A stretch of 64,000 bases of DNA, from the NCBI RefSeq assembly GCF_006345805.1, contig NC_043002.1, forward strand, positions 94,798,001 through 94,862,000, given 5' to 3'. The stretch comes from Octopus sinensis. Taxonomy: Eukaryota. This document shows, in pieces, positions 1-12,455 of the stretch. A model generated the notes under the pieces. That model was not told the DNA's origin. It did no database searches and saw nothing but the letters and a program-made list of their open reading frames with translations. Positions within the stretch are counted from its first letter, which is position 1; each line of letters begins with the position of its first letter. A program made the translations under genes and the position numbers.

Positions 1-89
1 ATATGGGGGAATGGAGACAGGTTGAAGGGTGGATGTAGGGAGTGATGGATGGCCCTTGATACAGGAGTTGGAGAAGGTAGAAGGATGTA

Positions 90-152
90 GACATATATAT
101 ATATACACACATACATTCATATATGCATACATACATATATATATGATATATA

Positions 153-186
<34 letters not shown>
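90..186. repeat. (TA)n/(CATA)n microsatellite
   Basis: Direct inspection. Confidence 0.95.
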
Positions 187-435
187 CATTTAACGTCTGC
201 TTTCCATGCTGGGGTGGGTTAAATAGTTTAACAGGAGCTGGCCAAGCAGAAGACTGCAGCAGGCTTCAGTGTTTTGTTATGGGTTTTATGGCTGGATGCC
301 CTTCCTAACACCAACCACTCTGCAGAGTGGACTGAGTACTTTTTATGTGGCACCAGCACAGGTGAGGTCAGCTTTGGCATGGTTTTTACAGCTGGGTGCT
401 GTTCCAAATGCCAACCAATTTACAATGTGGACTGA
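185..435 (-). mobile_element. SINE family B (ends in a (GAT)n tail), diverged copy
   Basis: catttaacgtctgctttccatgc...ggatgcccttcctaacaccaaccactc matches the copies at 13355, 26993 and 35965. Confidence 0.8.
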
Positions 436-496
436 TCCTCTGTATTTTCTTTTACTCAAAGCCAGGAACTTTTCAACTCTTGTACAAATACCGCCC

Positions 497-534
<38 letters not shown>

Positions 535-682
535 AATATAAGAGAGTGGTCACTATATGGCTCACTCTAGCACCAGTTAATCCAAAAGTTTCAACCACGA
601 AAATACATGTTTCCCATGAAAGTCAGTACGATTGTTAGCTCACACGGACAGGGCAAATAAAAAATAACAAAAATACAGATTA

Positions 683-765
683 TTTTGGGACAATTGTTTC
701 GCTATTAATGAATTAAATGTAATTTTACTTACAAAAAAAATCCATTTGTAGCTCGTCAGCCAAAA
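683..765 (-). ncRNA. Type I hammerhead ribozyme (intact core)
   Basis: Reverse complement reads ttttgg-CTGACGA-gcta...tagc-GAAA-caattg-TC-ccaaaa. Confidence 0.8.
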
Positions 766-1521
766 CTATCTGGATGAAATCCACTCAATCACACGCCAGA
801 TTTTACCATAACGATAAATACGCGTGTGGTTCAATTGATTACATCCGACGTTATAATTCAAATGCCCCAACTAACAGCGCGCCAAACTTTCACGGAAAAC
901 AAATACAGCATTTAGAAATAAATGCAGCATAATTATAATTAATTAATAAGGGTGAGAGAATTAGATACTAATTTAATAGTATATCCATTCAACACCAAGT
1001 GGCCTAGTGCTCCGAGAAACCTGGATTATTATAATATTTTATAACATATTATAATATTTTACAAAATAAATATAAGAGAGTGGTCACTATATGGCTCACT
1101 CTAGCACCAGTTAATCCAAAAGGTTTCAACCACGAAAATACATGTTCCCATGTTCGTGGTTGAAACCTTTTGGATTAACTGGTGCTAGAGTGAGCATATA
1201 GTGACCACTCTCTATATTTATTTTGTAAAAATATATAATATGTTATAAAATATTATAATAATCCAGGTTTCTCGGAGCACTAGGCCACTTGGTGTTGAAT
1301 GGATATACTATTAAATTAGTATCTAATTCTCTCACCCTTATTAATTAATTATAATTATGCTGCATTTATTTCTAAATGCTGTATTTGTTTTCCGTGAAAG
1401 TTTGGCGCGCTGTTAGTTGGGGCATTTGAATTATAACGTCGGATGTAATCAATTGAACCACACGCGTATTTATCGTTATGGTAAAATCTGGCGTGTGATT
1501 GAGTGGATTTCATCCAGATAG

Positions 1522-1603
1522 TTTTGGCTGACGAGCTACAAATGGATTTTTTTGTAAGTAAAATTACATTTAATTCATTAATAGCGAAACAATTGTCCCA
1601 AAA
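1522..1603 (+). ncRNA. Type I hammerhead ribozyme (intact core)
   Basis: Stem I ttttgg/ccaaaa, core CTGACGA (1528-1534), stem II gcta/tagc, GAAA (1586-1589), palindromic stem III CAATTG, predicted cleavage after GTC (1597). Confidence 0.85.
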
Positions 1604-1989
1604 TAATCTGTATTTTTGTTATTTTTTATTTGCCCTGTCCGTGTGAGCTAACAATCGTACTGACTTTCATGGGAAACATGTATTTTCGTGGTTGAAACCT
1701 TTTGGATTAACTGGTGCTAGAGTGAGCCATATAGTGACCACTCTCTTATATTTATTTTGTAAAAATATTATAATATGTTATAAAATATTATAATAATCCA
1801 GGTTTCTCGGAGCACTAGGCCACTTGGTGTTGAATGGATATACTATTAAATTAGTATCTAATTCTCTCACCCTTATTAATTAATTATATATATATATATA
1901 TATATGTATGTATTAAATGAAATAAATGAAAAACAAGACGCAAAGGATGTTGCGGTACATATGTTTCGGGCTTTATAGAACAACTTATA

Positions 1990-2533
<544 letters not shown>

Positions 2534-2579
2534 TGTATGTATATATATATATACACACACAGTGGTTAATTGTTAGATG

Positions 2580-2800
2580 GTGGTGCAATGTACTCTCTAT
2601 GCTATCCCATCTCTTTCTGAAATCTTGTTATTTAGCTCCAGCTGAGCAGAACTATGATCAAAGTCATCCCAGGCCTGTCCATCCTTTTTCCTTTTTTGTT
2701 TTGTTTGAAAGTGTAGTGTAATTCGTAATCTGGTAGAGTGCGTTTTGAGGGAGATTTTGTTGCTATTTCTGGGAAGGCGAGCAAGCACATTATGGTGGTC
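2580..2800 (+). repeat. Old dispersed repeat family E; further copies near 4840-5210, 6800-6920, 7140-7200, 8180-8330, 37330-37590, 61340-61540
   Basis: Recurrent motifs gagcagacc.tgatcaaa...ttccagctgtgacc and gagggagattt.gctgctatttct. Confidence 0.55.
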
Positions 2801-3369
2801 ACAACAGCAGTTGGACTTAATCAGTACAAAGCAGTCATGTAATATTAGAAAGAGCATGTCACTCAACAGAATACTCAGCGCTTATAAACTATGCTTCTTA
2901 TCCTTAACTACTCCCAACGTCCACCCCAAAACAAACTGTAAAGCATAGTTTTGAAATTTAATTTATAAAAGTATAAAAAATAATTTGTGCATCATCAAAT
3001 AAGTTTAAATGTGTTTTTAATAGTTATTATACACCAACCCTAAACCTAGAAGTGTTTTTGTTTATTGCCAAATGAAATGTGTGTGAAGCAGAGCGCAGAA
3101 AAAAAAAGTTTGGAACCATCCGCCCAACTGTTACCATCAGCATCAATATCACCATCACCATCATCATCATTATCATCAACACCACCACTATCTTATAGTA
3201 ACTAAAGACTTTAAATGGGTGAAGTGGACAGTGATGACGCCGATTGCGACAACTAGACTGGAGACAATTATTATGACGCTGATTAATAGTAATTGGAAAC
3301 CGGACAGGGTAATAATTCATTAAAAGTATGTATGGATAGATACATCTGCAACTGATGCTGTACCGAAGC

Positions 3370-3526
3370 TCAGCATCACGAACGCATGCGCCGTGAAACC
3401 ATTCAACTTCCGGCAAGTGCTTCAATAACAAGTTTATAAAAAATATATATACATACACGTAATGTAAATATAAATAAATAAATAAATATATATATATATA
3501 TATATACATACATACATATACACAGA

Positions 3527-3588
<62 letters not shown>

Positions 3589-3760
3589 ACAAGTGCGCGC
3601 ACACACACACACACACACACATACATCTAAATATGTGTGTGTATGTGTCAGTGTGTAAGTGTATGCGTCAATACTTTACTATAAATATATAAATAAAGCT
3701 AACCGAACGTGTCGGAAGCTTTGGTTGCGTAAATGTTTGCGGTACGTGTTTTTGGATTTG
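3370..3760. promoter_or_regulatory. Candidate CpG-rich promoter region
   Basis: NRF1-like cgcatgcgc (3383-3391), ETS-like acttccgg (3406-3413) and cggaag (~3713). Local CpG enrichment over 3.2-4.5 kb. Confidence 0.4.
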
Positions 3761-3830
3761 GTCATACATCTGGATGGAATCTCATGTTACCGGTTAGTGT
3801 CTTTACGATTGTTCATTTTTTTTCTTCTAG

Positions 3831-3880
3831 TTCCATTCATTCTTCAGCCACAGAGATGAAGACGCCGATATATTAATAAG
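3831..3880 (+). other. Candidate non-coding/5'UTR exon
   Basis: Polypyrimidine acceptor ttttttttcttctag before, aag|gtattg donor after, possible upstream donor gcg|gtacgt at 3742. Confidence 0.3.
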
Positions 3881-4494
3881 GTATTGATTTGGAGTCGTCG
3901 TTAGCGAAAACATTACGCTTCTCATTCATTCACTGATGTAAATATGTCAATCTTTTTTCTTCTTTCGGTTTCTTCCTTGCGACAAAATTCATGTTATATA
4001 TATATATTTTTACTTCATCTCTCGTCATATGTGCAGTTGTAAGCAATATGAATTTACATAGATCTTCATTATTTTGTATTACGGGGAAAATATTCTGAAT
4101 ATAACCTTATTTTTGTATTTTCTTTAATTAAACGTTGCGTGTTTCTTTATTTAATGATTATTTCATTTGTAATTCATTTCGAAACGCTGTTTTATTCACA
4201 TATACATTCATATATACACTTAGGCGCAAGGTTATATTAAACACTTGTTCTGTACCACACAATAAACAACATAATTTTCCCGTGGCATAAAGCGACTTTT
4301 CTAATTGTGTGGGAGATATAGTCAAGTGATTGTTGCTGTGATATACCACATATTACAGACTACGAGTGAATAGAAAGTAAAGTGAACCCGAAGAGTAATT
4401 TACTGTTGGAACCGTGACGTACTAAAAACTGGGTTCTATTTAGTTCTAGAGTTTGCGTCAAAACCATCGCCTTTGTATGATAATGTTGACGTTC

Positions 4495-4715
4495 TTGAGA
4501 GAGAGAAAGCGGGAATGTATAGACGGAAGGTGTGAGGAAAAAGAAAGACAGATAAAATAAGGGAATATATCGCCGAAAGAGTATTGAGAGAGAAAGGAAG
4601 TCAATATATGGATGAAGATTGGCAGACAGAAAGAAAGAAATAATGGGAGTATACAGACGGTGCGTGGGAGACAGGGAAAGCGGGAGTATACAGACGAATG
4701 GTGACAAAGTGACTT
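4495..4715. repeat. Purine-rich imperfect minisatellite (ggga(a/g)t(a/g)ta(c/t)agacg units)
   Basis: About 5 degenerate units. Confidence 0.6.
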
Positions 4716-5714
4716 GGAACATTTGTTTGCTTTATTTTTCGAATTTAGTTTTAGTTCATAAAAGAAGTAAAGAGTAATAAATATAATTTTGTTAAATGTT
4801 TCACCTGTTTTGTTTTAGTTACCAAAACAGATTCAGCCTCTTGTCAACTTTGATTGAGCAGACCTGTGATGAGAGGCATTCCATCTGTGAATATTCTGTC
4901 CCCTGAATGAGGACATCATCAAATAAGTCTTTCCCATTTTTAAGACGATACAATGTTATTGGAACTAAATTTGAGCACTGTATACAATAATTTCATTATT
5001 ATATATAAGCCTATATACTTCGTTGTCACGTTTTGTCCTGACTGTATAGTCCTATGATCAAACGCGTTCCAGCTGTGGTCATTTCATCTTTTATATTTTT
5101 TTACATAGACATAATGTACCTCGGGTTACATTATCCAATGTGCCCTTTCCTTTTTTTAAAATGAGGAACATCATTGCTATTTATAGCAGACTGTATTACC
5201 GTATAGAAGTTCCATCCCAAATCGCTAATCGTCTAATCAACACGTGGAACACATTCTGGTCTGTTATTGTTGTCTGCTCTGGTAATTCTGTATGCTTTCT
5301 TAATTAGTCTACAACAATCTGTTAATCTCTATACCTCACTGGTTTCAGTACTACATAATTTAGTATAGTGCAGTTGATAGATACTAAGAGGGTCTTAAAT
5401 TTTATTTTCGTTCATCGGGTGGAGTGAAGAGTTGTAAAACATGCCAACGCATCTCTCCATTTAAGTTTCCTGGAATGAACGTATACACTCCATAACATGT
5501 ATGCATGTAGCATACGTGCAAACACATGTGAAGTAATTTCACCCTAGTGCACTGAAGTGACATGTACACCTATAAAAAAAATGAGTGCATGTATGTATGT
5601 ATGTATACACACGCACTAATTCGCACTCACACATCTACAGTTTACTGGGATTTAGATATTTCTTTTCAGTTGGTTGGTTTCATGGATGGGGCAGTGTTCA
5701 TCACCTACTTAGGC

Positions 5715-6060
5715 CCTCCGAGGTTGGTGAAATCGATGCTATTAATGTTTCTCTTGAACCATTGCAAATCAATACCTGCGGAAGGGAAATGAGCCGAGAG
5801 GGAGTTCAAGTGGACTGATGTTTTGGGAAGCAAGACTGAGGAAAGTAATTGATGCAGGGTATGGGTATGGTTGACCAGAGGATGTTGGCATCGCCCGAAT
5901 TGAGTTGGCGTGAGCCCAGCAAACTCGCTGGAGTTAAGGCCATTATAGCAACACTAGGAAACACATACACAGAGAAGAGTAGCTGAAGCGTGTCTGTGGG
6001 TGACATTATACCAGACACCAGGGTAGCATCTGTCTGGATGCGTTTTATGTCTTGCCTGCT
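5715..6060 (-). pseudogene. Decayed non-LTR retrotransposon ORF2 C-terminal fragment (CR1/Jockey-like)
   Basis: Frameshifted translation IKRIQ..ATLVSGIMSPTDTLQ...INYFPQSCFPK..., typical of the region downstream of RT. Similar fragment at 60880-61260. Confidence 0.55.
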
Positions 6061-7639
6061 TGAACGCTGCAAAAAACCTTTCATAAATCTTAACCACACA
6101 TACATTTGTGCACCTGCATATAACAGAGGTGCACACTTTTACATATTTACACACATGCGCAGGGACTTTCAAAACAGAGATCAGATATGGCCGTGTTGTT
6201 AAGTTTTCTTTGTACCTTCCTCTTTTTTTTTTTTTTGTTTTGTTTGATTTGATATCAAACTATGAAGCCCAGAAAGGATTCTTTATAGATTTACCGGACT
6301 TGCGTACAAGTTTCTGCCTACAAAATCCCACCCATTTGGTATTGGTAGTAAATTTGAAAACTGTGATTAAAACAAAACTAAAAAACCCTTGCCCAAGTTG
6401 ATGTACAGTAGAATGGATCCCAGAATCACAGAGTTGCAAAATACACTTCTTTACCCAACGAACTCTGTCTGACCGCTATTGGAAAGCCTTTAATCATAAG
6501 GTCTGCTCAATCAGGGTAGATCTGGGTCTATACTGTGTGCGTCTTAATATTTGTCGCTCACCTCTTGGTTTGTTTGTATCCCTAAGTTAGCGGTTCGGCA
6601 ATAAGAATCCGATAGAATAACTGTTAGACTTTAAGCAACTCCTTAGGTCGATTTGATCGACTAAGCTCAAGGCAGAGCCCCAATACAGTGGAAGTCTAAC
6701 GACTGGGGCAAATACAATAATAAAAGACCACACCCATAAAAAGACGGATGACAAATATCAACAATTCGTATTGTACCCCCAATGATCCTGTTTAGGTTCA
6801 CGGCGATCTCGAGTGACCCCAGACATGATTAAATGCGTTCCAGCTGTAACCATACTCTCTTTTTATGGGAATATGGGAGTACATGATCTAGTGTTTTATT
6901 TCTTTATTGAAGACGAGCGGGCAGTACCTTCCAACTTTTTAAGGGTTTGTTTTAATAAAAGAAACATGACAAAATAAAATAGATAAAACATTAAATATGT
7001 TTCAAATATATTGAATATTGTAAAGTTGCTAAAAAAAAAAAACCCAACACATTCCAGCTTATATGTGTTAATTAAACATACACGATCAGATTAGGTAATA
7101 ATTATTATTTGTTTCATTTTAAATCTGTAAATATGAAAAAGTCACAAGGATTTGTTGGAGATGTGTGGCTGCTGTTTCTAGCAAGCCAGACAATTACGTA
7201 TGCTGTAGCTGAGCTGTATGTATGTGCATGTGCGTGTATTCTGTTAATATGTAATATTGTATGTTTAACAGCTGTTGATCTGAAGAAGCCACCTGGTTTT
7301 TATTACGCAGTGCATGTAACGACTGGTTTGCAGTAGCTCATTCCTTCACATTAGCTTACTAAGCACCGGCATTCACTACCAGTGTGAGAACTCATTTCCC
7401 CATTTTTTTCATGCTCTCTTAGGTCGAACGAGTTCGTCTTGGTCTGCGTCACTTTCTACACACTGTCACAGAGAAAGTACAACTTTGGGTGTTTCGAGTA
7501 CTCCTCACTAGAAAGGTTATTATTGTCTCATGCGGGAGGACTAAACAGTCTCCTGTATCTTCTCTTTCGTAGTTAGGTCCCTACAGCTTGCGGGCTGGGA
7601 TCTATGTACGACTGATATACTTTGTGTGTGTGTGTGTGT

Positions 7640-7950
7640 GAGTAGCAAACCGGAAGATGTGCTTAGCAACATTCCTTCCTTTTTTTTTTTTTTGTTATTA
7701 CGTTTTGAGTTCAAATGACGCCGAAGTCGCAATTTGTCTTTCATCCTTTCGGGGTCAATGAAATAAGCACCAGCTGAGTATTGGATCGCACATGCCAGGC
7801 CTTGTGCCTTTAGTAGAAAGTATCATTATTATTATTATTTGCCTTTCATATTTTCGGGGTCGATAAAATAAGTACCAGTTGAACACTGCGGTAATCGATT
7901 CATCCCTTCCCCCCAAAATCGCTGCCCTTATGACAAAATTTGAAACTATA
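7640..7950 (+). mobile_element. SINE family C, two adjacent fragments
   Basis: gagttcaaat B-box plus gcctttcatcctttcggggtcgataaa.taagtaccag central domain. Confidence 0.8.
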
Positions 7951-8499
7951 AACTAATATTATTATTATGCAAGAGTGGTGACTGGGACATCGAAGTTTCG
8001 GATTGCACATTCCGATGAAGGCTAACAGGCTGAAAGTTCCAAGTCACTGTTACAACTCTTCTTGTAAAAGTATAATAAATATGTACTCTGTATTGAGTAC
8101 ATATTTACTGTGTATTAAGTTTGATGAAGAACTGTTTTTATTATTCAACATAAAATGTATCGTGTGTGTGTGTGTGTGTGTAGCGCTGCTCGAGCAGACC
8201 TCTTATTCAGAGGTGTTCCATTTGTGACCGTCTCATCTTTTTGGCGTATTCGAGGTTATATCATCAGATGTATCCCTTATTATTTCCGACGGTAGAATGT
8301 GAGGGAGAGAGATTTAGCTGCTCTATCTCCCAAACTTAGTGTGTATTTGTGCGTGTATACGTATGGTCGCTATGATAAACAAATGAAAAAGCTGGTGTGA
8401 GCTTAGTGTTGAAGTGACGCCTAAATAATTTTTTGTTTAGTTTTCTCTCGCTTCTACATATGTTAAAACCTGCAAGTTCTTTCAGATTTGTATTATCCA

Positions 8500-8930
8500 T
8501 GGCCGGTAATAAAGTCACAATTTTGGCTAGGGAAAAAAGTCACAATTAATTTATGATGGCCGGTAATAAAGTCACAGGAAAAAGTCACAATTTTGTCTAA
8601 GTCAGTCACAGTTTATTAAAGTACCATAAACAATTAAAGTAATAAAACAAAATATTCTAAATCAGTTATTAACTAGCAATACATGACTTGTACATATTCT
8701 TTTCTACGATAAGCACAAGGCCCAAAATTTTTTGGGAGGGGGCCAGTCGACTAGATTGACCCTTGTACGCAACTGGTACTTAATTTATCGACCCTGAAAG
8801 GATGAAAGGCAAAGTCGACCTCAGCGGAATTTGAACTCAGAACGTAAAGACGACGAAATAATGACGTACATATTGACAACACTATTTATATATGATAGCA
8901 TTACATGTGACTTATTTTTTACCTGGATTC
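8500..8930. mobile_element. Probable non-autonomous DNA element remnant, interrupted by a SINE C
   Basis: Repeated ggtaataaagtcaca/ggaaaaaagtcaca at 8500-8592 and an inverted tgtgactta-T-run-acc match at ~8906-8923. Confidence 0.4.
8696..8860 (-). mobile_element. SINE family C fragment
   Basis: ctggtacttaatttatcgaccctgaaaggatgaaaggcaaagtcgacc. Confidence 0.85.
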
Positions 8931-9114
8931 ATATTATCTCACATCCATTATTGAAAGCCATATATAATATCCACTACCATAGGAAATCTGTTTAATATCC
9001 CATATGAGAATGTATAATTTAGTATTCGTATGAAATATGTAATCCCATATGAGCAGGCCTATCACCAAACTTTGGTACCTAGGAGCGCTTCAGAATGTTC
9101 TGGGTAGGCAGTAA

Positions 9115-10406
9115 TCTATATATATAAAATTCTTTGTTCCTTATGCATTCTCAAACGGTTCGAATGAAATTTTACAAGGTAGTAGGAGTGTCAACATGTA
9201 AATTTTTTTCTCATTCGGATTAAAACAACATAACATTGGCACTGGTTCAGTATTATGTGTCAAAAGTGAAAGAACAAGATCTATATTGTAATGTGATATA
9301 GTATTATTTCACTTTTAATTCGGATCTTTTCGGTTTGAACGGCAGTTTTTCTGGTGGTATCATATGAAATTGTCACCCATAATTATGACCCTAGTATCGA
9401 TCTATTGCATTTCAATCTATTTTAGGTTGGGGTGGGGGAAAGGTATCTTTTTTTTTTCTTCACAAATGTAAATAAACCCAATCTGTTTCTTAAACGAGGG
9501 ACATATTCATACGGCACAGAATGTTGTTTACCTCAAAGGACGTCAGTGATTGGTTGAAATTGCAGAAATTGAAGGAAAAAACAACAAATATCTTACAAAC
9601 TATAGACTTTTCTCAATAAAGCCAATAGAAAAAGATGTTTTATAAACACATTCTACCAGTATACGAAGTTTAAAATTTTTTAGTTACCTAGAAATTATGT
9701 TAAAAACTGCCGTCCAAACCGAAAAGATCCCTTTAATTCTAATGTGATAAGACTATAATATTGTTTCACTTTTATTCTTTCACTTTTAATTCTAATGTGA
9801 AAACACTAACATCATCTTATTTCTATTATATTTATGAGACTTTCCCAAGATCAGCAAAAGCATGCTACAGCACAACAAATGGAGTCTTAAGACAGAATCG
9901 AGATGAGACTTTCTCAAGATCAGCAAAGGGCATACTGCAGCACGTCAGGTGGAATCTCAAGAGAGAAGGCAGATGAGACTTTCTTAAGATCAGCAAATGC
10001 ATGCTGCAGCACTTAATGCCGACTCATTAAAACAACATTTTAATGATTAGACAGAGGTCCAATAGAACAGCTCTCATAGGTGTCAAAACTTCAGACGATG
10101 GGTTGTGTTAGACACAGCACCAACCGCCACAAAGGAGAGTATGTCCACTGACAGCTTTTTGGTGTGCTCAAAAATCATAGCCCCCACCCCCCGATTCTCC
10201 ATGACAGGTTACAGCCTGGAATACTCCAAACAGATGCCTGTCATGTTGCTTAATCAAATTAGCCCATAATTTATTCCAGGAATGTTCTACCGTCAATGCT
10301 GCACTTTCCTGTATCACTTGTTTCAACATAACTGTAATATATATATATATATATATACACAAACTATGCTATTCTAATCCCGAGCAATGCCGGGTATCTC
10401 TGCTAG
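9115..10406 (+). mobile_element. Non-autonomous Helitron with nested MITE and internal ~75-bp tandem repeats (9833-10012)
   Basis: 5' a|TCtatatatataaaa, 3' hairpin cccgagcaatgccggg then CTAG|t, inserted between A and T. Confidence 0.75.
9322..9730 (+). mobile_element. MITE family 1 (MULE-like)
   Basis: ~29-bp TIR ggatcttttcggtttgaacggcagttttt; flanks ttttaattc/ctttaattc form a 9-bp TSD with 1 mismatch. Confidence 0.85.
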
Positions 10407-11162
10407 TTTGTAATCATGCTAAAGTGGAGATTTGTAATAAGTGTATCACTGTAAATCTGAGGGTGCATCATACAATAATAATGTGGGCAGTGCTGTCCAA
10501 TGCACCCCCACTTTAGTGGTGGGCATGCATATGAGATACCTCTAAGATTTGTGTAATATAGTAATGACTGGAATTCAGTTACAATTACTTTGATAGTTAT
10601 TCACATAGAAAGATGAAAATGTATCCAGTATACTTGAGATGTCCATAGTTTATTTCGTACTTGTAGAATCAGATCAATTGTCTCTTATGCATATATATGT
10701 ATATGTTTACATATGCCAGGCATGAGCAATCTTGTTTGAAGAATTGGGCCGCATGAGACATTGTTCATCATTAGGTGAGCCGCACACCTAAAAAAAAAAA
10801 TGTAATAAAATAAAAAATCGAGGTAATTTTTTGTTAAGCTGCCAATCAGAAAGTCCCATGTACTGCTGGTTGTCCATGACTGCGCATACATATATATATA
10901 TTACTGGCATAAATAACCATTATTATTATTATTGTTAAGGTGGCTATTCCCAAGGCAACAAGTATAGGCTTTACTAAATTGACTGAGGGTGATATTCAGC
11001 TCTAGCATTGCTAGAAATAAGTCAAAACAACTCTTAGCCATGTGAGTGCATATATACATATATATATATATATTATCTGAAAATATATTGTGTTATATAT
11101 CCATCGTTACGGCTGAAGGGAATATGATAACTGCTGTTGCCATATTCCATTCCATATCGGCT

Positions 11163-11245
11163 ATCTCTGATGAGCATAAGGTTATATAATCGGATTGTTG
11201 CCTAACACTCCATTGTATTCCTTGCGCAAAACGAATTGGTAAGAT
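11163..11245 (+). ncRNA. Degenerate hammerhead ribozyme in a PLE-like repeat
   Basis: atct-CTGATGA-gcataagg...ccttgcgc-AAAA(GAAA mutated)-cgaattgg-TA-agat. Confidence 0.5.
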
Positions 11246-11956
11246 CAGCTGTGATGAATATATATATGATACTATATATTTTTGGATTTTATACCCACTC
11301 TATTGACAGATATACAAATGCATCTTTTCCCTGACTTATGGTCTCTTAGACAGCTTGTGCGTGTATGTGTGTGTATGGGCATAAGGATTACATACATAAA
11401 TCTTACATGCTGAACTTCACGAACGTTTCATGTAGTTTGGCTATGCCTTTGACAGCTTGTAGCTGTAATCTCATGATTAGTGCATGTGTATTTGTGTGTA
11501 GATGTATGTATGGATGTACGAGATACACACATGTACATATGCACACATCCACATCATTAGCCATCACACAAATCTAACAGCCTTTTGTTAATGTATTTGT
11601 CTCAGGTGAGACTATTTCTCTATTTCTTGTCTTTTGTTGACATTTCGTTGGTAATGTTTTTATCAATTCTTCTCTGTGTTGAAAGTTGAGAATACTGTCT
11701 ATATCAATGATATTTCTGACAGAAAGTGCCTCAAGTATCATTACAATCAAATCATATCCCTGAGGTAGATAAATACCTCGTTGACATTTTAAGACAAAGC
11801 TGTTTATGTGATATATTCCTCTCTTCCTTCAGTTCACTCTACAAAGCTGATATTTTCTGCTACTTCTTGCCTGTTGTTTACACAATTGATAGCTTTTGTT
11901 TAAAATATATATAGTAAGTATTGTTTCATTGGTTGTTTTGTTGTAGTTTCTTCATT

Positions 11957-12300
11957 ATAATAATAATAATAATAATAATTGTGTACAGTGCTCAGGTGCA
12001 CTACAACTCATCTAAAGTGTATATATAATCAGGTGTAGTTTCGACGCAGGTGCAGTGTCATGGCAGTCAACAACTGATGCAGGCAGTTTATTCCACGCTT
12101 CAGCAACCCTGAGCGTGAAAAAATGTTTCCGAAAGTCATGGGAGCTGTGCTGTTTTCTGACTTTGTAGGCATGTCCACGTGTGTTAGACACATGGAGATC
12201 AAAAAGGTGTTCAGTGTTGTTGTTGGTGAGGTGGTTGATAACCTTGTGGGTGTTTACCAAGTCCGTCGCCAGACGCCGGAGCTTCAGTGAATCCATGCAT
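11957..12300 (-). pseudogene. CR1-clade LINE 3' end (ORF2 C-terminus, 3'UTR, (ATT)n tail)
   Basis: SLKLRRLATDL...TRGHAYKV...RKHFFTLRVAEAWNKLPASVV is the typical CR1 ORF2 terminus. Confidence 0.85.
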
Positions 12301-12455
12301 TTAATCCATCCTGGTGCTGCTTAATGTCAATGCCATCATTATCTGGTCCCTGCAACTCCCTTTATAGTCCTTCCACTATAGTCCCAGGCTGACCAAAGAC
12401 TTCTGAGTGGACTTGGCTGAGAGAAACTAAAAGAATCCTGCTTATATATATATAT

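Larger units (their letters stand above)
534..1885. mobile_element. Penelope-like/retrozyme-type element: ~535-bp monomer in tandem and inverted arrangement, flanked by (TA)n
   Basis: 534-1136 is the reverse complement of 1153-1755 around a 16-nt spacer. The monomer start repeats at 1071-1152 and 1685-1885. One HHR per monomer. Confidence 0.85.

Noticed and set aside
3027-3626. 199-aa ORF and other YI/CV/HT-rich ORFs (e.g. 2212-2560, 44840-45200)
   Set aside because: Translations of (TA)n/(CA)n microsatellites and flanking low-complexity DNA
7279-7330. CTGAAGA hammerhead core (likewise ~21268, ~33064, ~58827 and minus-strand ~31138)
   Set aside because: No stem II closed by GAAA and no stem I pairing
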